Shown here one piece after another: positions 52,218-64,000 of a DNA stretch of 64,000 bases. The notes beneath the pieces were generated by a model. That model searched no databases. It worked only from the letters and a program-made list of their open reading frames with translations, and was not told the origin of the DNA. How positions within the stretch are numbered: position 1 is the first letter of the stretch; every line of letters starts with the position of its first letter. The translations under genes were made by a program, and so were the position numbers. This stretch comes from Macrostomum lignano (Eukaryota): positions 39,157-103,156 of the forward strand of contig NIVC01003345.1 of NCBI GenBank assembly GCA_002269645.1. The letters are read 5' to 3'.

Positions 52218-52603
52218 CTACTGCTTGGAGTGCCTCTTCAGTATGCTGGCTTTATTTAGTATCTTGCTGCACACCCTGCACTCAAATGGCTTTTCTCCTG
52301 TGTGCCGCCTCGAGTATGTAGTGAAGGCGCTGCTGACATGGAATCTCTTGCCGCACACCTTGCACTTGTACGGTTTGCCTTCTTGTGCACTGCACTAATG
52401 TGAGCTTTGATATGGCTTTTTTTGGTAAACTTCTTCTGGCAAGTGTCGCACTGGAACGGGCTCTCGATGCCCTGAGCTTGACGTTGCCATGTTGCAGCAC
52501 TCTTTGAAGCTCGGGTGTTCCCGACCGCAAGTACTGCGCCGCTGCCGATCGGGTGCGGCAGAACCGCCTGGGACAAAAGGGGCAGGCGACAGAGCCCCGG
52601 CAT
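52218..52603 (-). pseudogene. ZNF copy Z8, internally deleted, about 3 fingers
   Basis: Deletion joins QYLR to GNTRA; frameshift at AAGGCAAACCG shared with Z12. Confidence 0.8.
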
Positions 52604-53194
52604 CTCTGAGAAACTGTGGGGCTGCGATCTGTTCGGAGATGCCCGTCTCTGTCGGAGCTGCAATGCGGAGCGGTAGGGACTTCGTCACTTTGTGATCCGG
52701 AAGTGAAAGACATCAAAGGAAGTGAACTACACTTATAGCTGAGTCTTACGGAAAAGTAAACAGACAGTAATTTTTAATGGACATTTTACTGGGTGAAAGG
52801 TTATTGCTAAACGGCAATGTGACCGGGTACATCTGCATTGATGAGCAATCCTTGGCCCCCGGTTAAGAAGGCCGGCAGTGCACTTTTACCTCTCCCCGCC
52901 ACGTCTACCCCAAACTGACCCAGTTGCACCGCCTCATTTTTCTGTCTGTATCATCTTGCTGCGTTCCCAATTCTGCGTGCTTATTTGAGACGGTTTGGGA
53001 AATTAAACAAAACGGCGCGTTTTAAGCTGCCGAGTGTCAATGTACATCATCATTTAGAATGCTAGCTGAGCAGCACGATCGTGAAACTTCTGTCTGTTTG
53101 GCTCTGGACGAACTGAAAAAACAAGGGCGTCACTGTCTTGAGGGAACCTGCGGGAGTCGCCCTGGACTGAAGGAATTTCTGAGGCATTTAGCGG

Positions 53195-53810
53195 ATTGAA
53201 GCCGTCTGCAGAAAATTGGACATGAAAGACGAGAAGGTTGACGGAGTCTTACTCAAGATTGACTTTTTAAGCCTCATGCGGTAGCCGCGTATGACAAATT
53301 AGGAAACTTCTTGGTCCCTCCGGCGAAGCTAGAGGTCAATGCATTCGAGAATCTAGAGGATGAAATCAAGTAGCCTCACAAAAACTTGTGCCTGAGCGTC
53401 ACAGGTTTAACGAACGAAGCAAGACGAGTACCCATAAGCATATTTTGAGAACCGACTGCGAGACTGCGACAGATGTGGTATTTGAATACATTCTGCAAGA
53501 AGCTCTAAGAGACCAGTTTGCAGCCGGACTGTGCAATGCCTCCGTGGTGAAAGAACTGATTATTAAAGGCCCGTTAACATTGATGCTTGCGGTGGAGACT
53601 GCTGCAGCGCAAAAGCAAGTCAGTAAGAGTGCCTTGACCTCAAGGAAAGTTGGAAGCAGTCAGTTCAACAAAGGACAAAATGCGACATCAAAGCAGTGCT
53701 CAAGGCCAAATGCGCATTTCGGGCAAGGCCTGCAGTTTTTTAATGAAGAAGCATCTGCCAGAGTCATGCCTGGCATGTGGAGCCAAGTGTCGAAACTGTG
53801 AGAGAATTAC
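53195..53810 (+). mobile_element. Ty3/gypsy gag fragment (spacer B, copy 3)
   Basis: Homologous to 32770-33390; same right deletion junction as copy 2. Confidence 0.7.
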
Positions 53811-54119
53811 TTGAAGGACTTGGGAGCTGAGCATAAGTGCCTCTGAGAAATGTTTTACACAACGGCAATCGCATTTACCACTCTGTAGTTTACGAGTATT
53901 CGGTAGGTGAAAATTAAATAAGAGAAGGGTAGTGATTGGAACACTATCAAAACAATTTCATTCTTTAGTAAGTTATTAATAATTAAAAATCATCTAATAG
54001 GATAAATTCTAAAAAGGTGCAATGGCAGAGGAAATGGGTTAAGAGAAGTTGCTGAACAGTTAGCAGGGTAGGTAGGGTGAAAATTGGAGTAGCAGGGTGA
54101 CTGTAGAGTGGCAGTGGAG

Positions 54120-54355
54120 TCCTAGGATGGCTAGGGAGAGTCTTAGGGTGGTTTGGGTGAGTGATAGGGTGGCTAGGGAGAGTCTTTGGGTGATTTGGGT
54201 GAGTGATAGGGTGGCTAGGGAGAGTCTTAGGGTGGTTTTTGGGTGAGTGATAGGGTGGCTAGGGAGAGTCTTAGGGTGGTTTGGGTGAGTGATAGGGTGG
54301 CTAAGGAGAGTCTTAGGGTGGGTTTGGGTGAGTGATAGGGTGGCTAGGGAGAGGA
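54120..54355. repeat. G-rich TTAGGG-containing minisatellite (spacer B, copy 3)
   Basis: Visible. Confidence 0.9.
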
Positions 54356-55339
54356 GACAGCTGCATTCCACAGTTTACCTGTGAAGAAACTGGGTCGGTC
54401 GCGGGTGCCCAACCCAAGTACTATAGGAAAAGTAGGAAAAGACGTAAAATAAGGAACTCCTGACATATCAAGCTATCAAACTCAAACTATTGCTGCTGAA
54501 GCAATTGCTCTAAACTATTGTCTTTTATACCACAGAGTCAACTTATTTTACCCGACTTTGATTGGTGCTTCGGCCAAATCAAAAAAGTTAAGTTTACCTT
54601 TAAGAGGCTTTTCATATTGCTTGTTCTGATTCTAGAACCAGAACCAATTTGTAAAGTATAACTTTTTGTCTCCTTAACTAGAGGGATAAGCAGTAAGCAG
54701 TAAGCAACTTAACGGCGTAAGCAGTGTGAGACTCTCCTGCCCTGACAGACCCCCGAGGGCCCATGCACTACACGTGGTTTGTTAATATTAATATAAAAAT
54801 CAACAAATCCAGACAGACATAAAAAAATAACAAGTGAAGATTGCCATGCTGCAAGTGTAATTCGAAAATACATGAAGAAAAACAAGTTTTGAGATCAAAT
54901 TTTAGCTTGGTCTTTACAAAATTCAATCGCGGAGACACTATAATAACAATGATTACAGAAATTCTTGTAGGAGTAAAATAAGTCAAACGTAAAATATGGG
55001 TGCTGAGTAATACAGAAAATAATGAAATAAGAAGCAAACAACAAATTGAAACCTTTGAGCAACAAGAATTAAACACTGGTCTAGCAGTGCAGTCAATGAA
55101 GGTGCTTAATTAAAACAGAAAATGCTTCAAACCAATCAGTGGCTACTGACACTGATCAACTGACCATTGGTTTAGATACGGTATGCATTACTTTTGGACA
55201 ATTCAAGGATGATCATTAAAATTTACGGACAAAAAGGCTGTTAATGGATTGCCAGTGACTTAAAAACGCGTGGCGAACACTCAGAACTCTGACCCCGAAG
55301 TTCACTTCTGCAGCCACGGAGGGCAAAGTTTAATATTCG

Positions 55340-55828
<489 letters not shown>

Positions 55829-56821
55829 CTAGGCTCTATACTTTCATTTTCGAGCCGTCCTCTTTACGTGTTCATGCGAAAAACCGCTAATCGGAGACAC
55901 AAGCCCATAGATTTCGAGATTTCATTACTAACACGACAACAAACAGCATGGTGTCAGAGGAACACAGCTAACGATTAACTCCTTAACCGCATACATCATT
56001 CAGTCGCTATACAGCTAATAATCTAATTCAAAGCCGACGCTTCGATACACATGGCTGGCTGATACAGGAGAGTTGAAGCCACCAGCATCCATCGCATTCG
56101 ATGAGAACAAATGAAGAAGTGAAAACATGAATTGCTGGTTTCGCGCTCTCCCTCACAGCCGTGAAGCGAGATAATGAAAGCGACGAGCTGAAGACCGCCA
56201 TTCTGCTCACAGCACTTGGAAGGTCTTTCAAGGTCAAAACAGCAGCAGAGAAAACCAACATCAGAAACAGAAAGATTCCTCGCAAAACGCCACGCTAACA
56301 CCAAACTTGACTCGATTCCCGAAAGCATGCAATTTTTTCAAAATTCGACAATTAAGACAGCATGAGCACTACGATTAAAGTGCATCGCAACAGGTTACTC
56401 GGAGGGCACCAAGTGATTCAGCCACCCAGCCGAGTTGCATTCTGGTCAAGTTGTAAAGCTATCGGACAACTACAAAGAGAAAGCTGACAATCACCGAACT
56501 ATCAGTTTATAATATTCGTGCCTACTGTGCGCAGATTTTTTTAAGCAAAAATTAAAATAAGTCAAACGAAAAGTAGCATAAGTGCCGAGTACTCGTACAG
56601 TACGCAATGTGACTACTGGGAAAAAAACTGAAAACATTTGCAGCAACAGCTCATCAGTGCATCAACTTCCTCATGCATCCTAAAGGAAAGATTCAAGACA
56701 AAGCATAATTACATAGGAACAGAAAGCTGTTAAACGATTGCAAGTACTCGTACACTGAAAACGCCTGGAGCACAGAAAAACAAAGATCGTGTGTCCATTT
56801 CTACAATCACGGTGCGCAAAG

Positions 56822-57730
56822 TTAAATATTCGTGTGCACCCTGGAGTGCTTAGTGAGGTTGCTGCTTACACGAAATCTCTTGCCGCACACCATGCACTCA
56901 AACGGCTTTTCTCCTGTGTGAAGCCTTGAGTGGGAAGAGAGGCTGCCTGCTTGACTGAATCTTTTGCCGCAAACCTTGCACTCGAAAGGCTTTTCTCCTG
57001 TGTGAAGCCTAGAGTGCTGAGTGAGGCTGCTGCTGTCACTAAATCTCTTGCCGCACACATTGCACTCAAATGGCTTTTCTCCTGTGTGCAGCCTTGAGTG
57101 GGAAGAGAGATGGCTTGCTTGATTGAATCTTTTGCCGCAAACCTTGCACTCGAAAGGCTTTTCTCCTGTGTGAAGCCTTGAGTGGGAAGAGAGGCTCCAT
57201 GCTTGACTGAATCTCTTGCCGCACACATTGCACTCAAATGGCTTTTCTCCTGTGTGCAGCCTAGAGTGCTTAGTGAGGCTGCTGCTGTCACTAAATCTCT
57301 TGCCGCACACATTGCACTTGTGCGGTTCGCCTTCATGTGCACTGCTACTATGTGAGCTTTGAGGTGGCTTTTTCTGGTGAACTTCTTCTGGCAAGTGTTG
57401 CACTGGAACGCCCTCTCGACAGCCTGAGCTTGACGTTGCCGTGTTGCAGCACTGTTCAAAGCTCGGGTCTTCCCGGCTGACTCGCACTCGTAACGCTTCG
57501 TCACTGCAGAACTGCCGCTGCACACGGCTGCATCGCTGACTCATTGCGAGACTCGACCTGCTCGACCGCCGCCGCTCTGCCAGCTTCTGAGTTGGTCGCA
57601 GCCGCCTCCTCTGGCTCCGAGTCGCAGCCCATTCCGTGTGACCGCACATGACGCAAGTACTGCGCCGCTGCCGATCGGTGCGGCAGAACCGCCTGGGACA
57701 AAAGGGGCAGGCGACAGAGCCCCGGCGCAT
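56822..57730 (-). pseudogene. ZNF copy Z10, 7 fingers, several 1-nt deletions
   Basis: N-terminal module, finger 1 and fingers 2-7 lie in different frames; could be assembly errors. Confidence 0.65.
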
Positions 57731-60169
57731 CTCTGAGAAACTGTGGGGCTGCGATCTGTGCGGAGATGCCGATGCTCGAAGCGGGTCCTGCCTGAGCTGC
57801 AATGCGGAGCGGTAGGGACTTCGTCACTTTGTGATCCGGAATGGAAAGACATGCAAAGGAAATGAACATCCCCAATATCGAAAACATAAAGACAATTTCT
57901 GGTATATTGACAAATAAAAAGCATAATTTTTTATTTTATGAAAGTGATAAAAATCCCATGCATGCTTTACTTGAATTTAAGACAACCAATTGATGATGGA
58001 TTTAACAGAGTGAAAATGTTGCTGCTAAACGGCATGATGTGCATGGTTAAATTTACACTGATGAGCAATCCTTGGCTCGTGAAAGATAGTGAGCCAAAGC
58101 CTTCCAGGTAAACTTCCTAACATACAAATTTTTCTTGATTTTTGCTCAATTCTTCCATTATCTCATTCAATTTTTACTGGAGACCAGATACCAACAATTT
58201 CAACTATCACTGCATGGTCCTCACTTCGGTAAAATAGATTTACAATAAAACAGTTTTTAGTTGCCTTATATATACCTAAACCGCTATCTAAGAGAGCAAG
58301 CTCCGTCCAGCCTCCAAAATCATTATCAAAGGCTTCGAGCTTGTCCGCCTGGATCGCGCGGGCCTGCAACAAAGGAGCTTACAACGTGACTTCCGATACT
58401 GGTGTGATGATGCCTTGGAAATTATATATACAGGACCCCTGAACCATCAAGCTTCAGGGAAAGAATGACTCAAAACAGGCTGGTTAATAGAAGTAAAGCC
58501 TGTTGTATATTTGAATATCGTACGCAACGCGACGATGCCGTTAAACAATTGTTTGAACAGTGCACGCTTACAGATCAAACCGAACTCAATCGGTGCTGTT
58601 ATCATTTAACACCGCAGTCTCAACCAATTTTACCGGGTTTCGATTGGGGTTTTAGCTAAATCAAAATAAACAGTTTTTTTTAATTATCGCTAGACTGCCT
58701 GGCAGGACCCATTGATTTCTGCCACTTGTACTGCAACTTTGCGCGACTGAACAATTTAAGGTGGATGCGCAAACCCGGAGCGAAATACTAAGCCGTAACA
58801 AAAAAGGTGGGTAGGCGGCCCACCGGCTAAGACGAGGAAAGCTCAAAAGCCAGCCAATCGAAACGAAATTTGGTGTCAGAATTTAAACATTTCTCAGCTG
58901 TCTGAGAGACCGGCTTATTGGAACTTTACTGGGACAGCATTTTTGACGAATGCACGATGTCAAATGCTTCTACAATCTGACGCGCCAACTCGGAGTTTAA
59001 AGGTGCAATTTCTAGATGGTGGAGAAGCTGGTAGCAATTATTCTATTGAAAATATTTATGTAGCTAGGGATTCTCTCAAGTGCTAATGAACTGTACTGTC
59101 TTGCGCAATGTGAAAGATAGAGCTTGTGACAGGGACTACTGAGCACTCCCGACTATGCTCTATACTTTCATTTTCGAGCCGTCCTCTTTACGTGTTCATT
59201 CGAAAAACCGCTAATCGGAGACACAAGCCCATAGATTTGAGATTTCATTACTAACACGACAACAAACAGCATGGTGTCAGAGGAACACAGCTAACGATTA
59301 ACTCCTTAAGCATTAACCGCATACATCATTCAGTCGCTATACAGCTAATTCAAAGCCGATGCTTCGATACACATGGCTGGCTGATACAGGAGAGTTGAAG
59401 CCACCAGCATCCATCGCATTCGATGAGAACAAATGAAGAAGTGAAAACATGAATTGCTGGTTTCGCGCTCTCCCTCACAGCCGCAAAGCGAGATAATGAA
59501 AGCGACGAGCTGAAGACCGCCATTCTGCTCACAGCACTTGGAAGGTCTTTCAAGGTCAAAACAGCAGAAACAGAAAGATTCCTCGCAAAACGCCACGCTA
59601 ACACCAAACTTGACTCGATTCCCGAAAGCATGCAATTTTTTCAAAATTCCACAATTAAGACAGCATATGAGCACTACGATTAAAGTGCATCGAAACAGGT
59701 TACTCGGAGGGCACCAAGTGATTCAGCCACCCAGCCGAGTAGCATTCTGGTCAAGTTGTAAAGCTATCGGACAACTACAGATCGACCTAACTTTGGCAAT
59801 TTGTGACTTCGCTAACTCATTAATTAGAAAGCTGACAATCACCGAACTATCAGTTTATAATATTCGTGCCTACTGTGCGCAGAATTTTTTAAGCAAAAAT
59901 TAAAATAAGTCAAACGAGAAGTAGCATAAGTGCCGAGTACTCGTACAGTACGCAATGTGACTACTGGGAAAAAACTGAAAACATTTGGCAGCAACAGCTC
60001 ATCAGTGTATCAACTTCCTCATGCATCCTAAAGGAAAGATTCAAGACAAAGCATAATTACATAGGAACAAAAAGCTGTTAAACGATTGCAAGTACTCGTA
60101 CACTGAAAACGCCTGGAGCACAGAAAAACAAAGATCGTGTGTCCATTTCTACAATCACGATGCGCAAAG

Positions 60170-61417
60170 TTAAATATTCGTGTGCACCCTGGAGTGCTTA
60201 GTGAGGTTGCTGCTTACATGAAATCTCTTGCCGCACACCATGCACTCAAACGGCTTTTCTCCTGTGTGAAGCCTAGAGTGCTTAGTGAGGCTGCTGCTGT
60301 CACTAAATCTCTTGCCGCACACCATGCACTCAAACGGCTTTTCTCCTGTGTGAAGCCTTGAGTGGGAAGAGAGGCTGCCTGCTTGATTGAATCTTTTGCC
60401 GCAAACCTTGCACTCGAAAGGCTTTTCTCCTGTGTGAAGCCTTGAGTGCTTAGTGAGGCTGCTGCTGTCACTAAATCTCTTGCCGCACACATTGCACTCA
60501 AATGGCTTTTCTCCTGTGTGCAGCCTTGAGTGCTTAGTAAGGCTGCTGCTGTCACTAAATCTCTTGCCGCACACATTGCACTCAAATGGCTTTTCTCCTG
60601 TGTGCAGCCTTGAGTGCTTAGTAAGGCTGCTGCTGTCACTAAATCTCTTGCCGCACACATTGCACTCAAATGGCTTTTCTCCTGTGTGCAGCCTTGAGTG
60701 CTTAGTAAGGCTGCTGCTGTCACTAAATCTCTTGCCGCACACATTGCACTCAAATGGCTTTTCTCCTGTGTGCAGCCTTGAGTGCTTAGTAAGGCTGCTG
60801 CTGTCACTAAATCTCTTGCCGCACACATTGCACTCAAATGGCTTTTCTCCTGTGTGCACTCTAGAGTGTGTATTGAGGTCGCTGCTGAAACCGAATCTCT
60901 TGCCGCACACCTTGCACTCAAATGGCTTTTCTCCTGTGTGCACTCTAGAGTGTGTATTGAGGTCGCTGCTGAAACCGAATCTCTTGCCGCACACCTTGCA
61001 CTTGTGCGGTTTCGCCTTCATGTGCACTGCACTAATGTGAGCTTTGAGGTGGTCTTTTCTGGTGAACTTCTTCTGGCAAGTGTTGCACTGGAACGCCCTC
61101 TCGACAGCCTGAGCTTGACGTTGCCGTGTTGCAGCACTGTTCAAAGCTCGGGTCTTCCCGGCTGACTCGCACTCTGGACTCTTCGTCACTGCAGAACTGC
61201 CGTCTGCACACGGCTGCATCGCTGACTCATTGCGAGACTCGACCTGCTCGACCGCCGCCGCTCTGCCAGCTTCTGAGTTGGTCGCAGCCACCTCCTCTGG
61301 CTCCGAGTCGCAGCCCATTCCGTGTGACCGCACATGATGCAAGTACTGCGCCGCTGCCGAACGGGTACGGCAGAACCGCCTGGGACAAAAGGGGCAGGCG
61401 ACAGAGCCCCGGCGCAT
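60170..61417 (-). CDS. C2H2 zinc-finger protein Z11 (atypical N-terminal finger plus 11 fingers), 415 aa
   Basis: Uninterrupted ORF. Confidence 0.9.
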   Translation of the reverse strand: MRRGSVACPFCPRRFCRTRSAAAQYLHHVRSHGMGCDSEPEEVAATNSEAGRAAAVEQVESRNESAMQPCADGSSAVTKSPECESAGKTRALNSAATRQRQAQAVERAFQCNTCQKKFTRKDHLKAHISAVHMKAKPHKCKVCGKRFGFSSDLNTHSRVHTGEKPFECKVCGKRFGFSSDLNTHSRVHTGEKPFECNVCGKRFSDSSSLTKHSRLHTGEKPFECNVCGKRFSDSSSLTKHSRLHTGEKPFECNVCGKRFSDSSSLTKHSRLHTGEKPFECNVCGKRFSDSSSLTKHSRLHTGEKPFECNVCGKRFSDSSSLTKHSRLHTGEKPFECKVCGKRFNQAGSLSSHSRLHTGEKPFECMVCGKRFSDSSSLTKHSRLHTGEKPFECMVCGKRFHVSSNLTKHSRVHTNI

Positions 61418-62682
61418 CTCTGAGGAACTGTGGGGCTGCGATCTGTGCGGAGATGCCGATGCTCGAGGCCCGTCTCTGCCTAAGCAGGAATGTGGAGCAG
61501 TAGACTATCTTAATCACTTGTTGGATCCGTTTGTAAACTGGGATTGAAAACATCAAAAAGAACTAAACTACAAGTATGCTTTCTGATTTTGAGAACATAA
61601 AGACGATAGCTGGGTTACATCAACAAATAAATAGCCTAACTTTATATAAACATCTATGAAAGTGATACATGTAAATATAGAATGCATGCTATACTTGAAT
61701 TTGCAACAGTCAATTTTCGATGAAGATTCAAGCGTGTGAAAATCTTGCTGCTAATCGAGAATGTGCCCGGGTACATCTGCTGTACCGATAAGAAATCCTT
61801 GGCACTCGTCAGAAGGGCCTGCCATTGCACTCTTACTCCTTTCAGCCGCGTCTACACCAAACTCACCCAGTTACATCCCTTCCCATTCTGTTTCAACGGT
61901 CCCTCTGCTGCATTCCAAATGCTGTCTACCCGTTTTAGACGGCTCGGGAAATTAAAAAGGAGAACCCACTGCCCTAGACCTGGGAGCTTAGCATGAATGC
62001 ATTTAAGCAAAGCAAAAAAGTGAAATTCCAACTCCATAGCTTATTTTACTAATGAAACTAATGAACAAGAGGATTATGAAGGCAAATTCATTCTCTAATA
62101 ATAAGATTGTGCAGTCATCAGTGTAAGAGGCAACGGTGTGCTGAGGGCAGTCATGGAAACGGTAATTTGGCTCAACCTGTTGACTGTCTTGGCAGCCATT
62201 AAAACCTACATTCTAGCTGCAACTCAACTCAACTTTTTTCCAAAGGACTCTGCGGCACGGCTCAGAGGTTCTCTCTGTCTCGCTGCCGCTCTGCTGCCCG
62301 GCTCGATGCCCTGACAGCTGAGCAATCATGCCAATGACAACAGCTGCATTCGACATTTTACGTGGCCTATTAAAATCTCTATATCAAAACAATAATACAA
62401 ACATCAAGACAAATATTAAAACAAAACAAAGACTTCAATGCCACCGGTATAATTTATAAAAACAGCAAACATCAACTTCCTTTGGCAGCAACAGCTCATC
62501 AGTGCAACAACAATTTCCTAATGCATTCTTCAGAAAAATTTAACAAAAATCATTAATACAAAGAACAAAAAGTTGTCAAGAGATTGCGAATAAATTGAAA
62601 ACGCGTGGAGCACAGGAAGAACAAATATCCGGAGTCAATTTCAGCGATCACATAACACGAAACTGAATATTCTCTACAAAAC

Positions 62683-63406
<724 letters not shown>

Positions 63407-64000
63407 CTCTGAGGAACTGTGGGGCTGCGATCTGTGCGGAGATGCCGATGCTCGAAGCCAGTCTCTGCCTGAGCTGCAATGCGGAGCGGTAGGGACTTCG
63501 TCACTTTGTGATCCGGAATTGAAAGACATAAAAGGAAGTGAACTACACTTATAGCTGAGTCTTAAAGAAAAGTAAACAGACTAATTTTTAATGGACATTT
63601 TACTGGGTGAAAAGTTATTGCTAAACGGCAATGTGACCGGGTACATCTGCATTGATGAGCAATCCTTAGCCCCGGTTAGGAAGGCCGGCAGTGCATTTTT
63701 ACCTCTCCCCGCCACGTCTACCCCAAACCGACCCAGTTTCTGTCTGTATCATCTTTCTGCGTTCCCAATTCTGCGTGCTTATTTGAGACGGCGGTTTAAG
63801 AAATTAAACAAACGGCGCGTTTTAAGCTGCCGAGTGTCAATGTACATGTACATTATCATTTAGAACTGCTAGCTGAGCAGCACGATCGTGAAACTTCTGT
63901 CTGTTTGGCTCTGGACGAACTGAAAAAACAAGGGCGTCACTGTCTTGAGGGAACCTGCGGGAGTCGCCCTGGACTGAAGGAATTTCCTAGGCATTTAGCG

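Overview
Eukaryotic (invertebrate) genomic DNA with spliceosomal introns. The repeat load and gene content resemble a free-living flatworm such as Macrostomum, but that is inference only. Left half (1-28 kb): about half tandem repeat by my manual tally. It holds three minus-strand genes: a multi-exon nicotinic acetylcholine receptor subunit that runs off the left edge and has two paralogous alternative N-terminal exons; an intronless ACBD5-like gene; and a roughly 1500-aa orphan with a 9-aa acidic repeat and C-terminal CxxC motifs. It also holds a hAT-like MITE and a minimal hammerhead-ribozyme-like motif between two tetranucleotide microsatellites. Right half (28.4-64 kb): a head-to-tail array of 12 paralogous C2H2 zinc-finger genes/pseudogenes (Z1-Z12). 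All but the 5'-truncated Z9 carry an atypical N-terminal Cys/His module, partly deleted in Z8/Z12, followed by a variable finger cassette (about 3 to about 11 fingers) that appears shuffled between copies. The array is organised in roughly 10-11 kb three-gene blocks whose spacers carry co-amplified Ty3/gypsy gag(-pro) relics, one copy-specific Tc1 insertion and a MULE-like MITE. All coordinates were read by hand, and single-base indels could be assembly errors.
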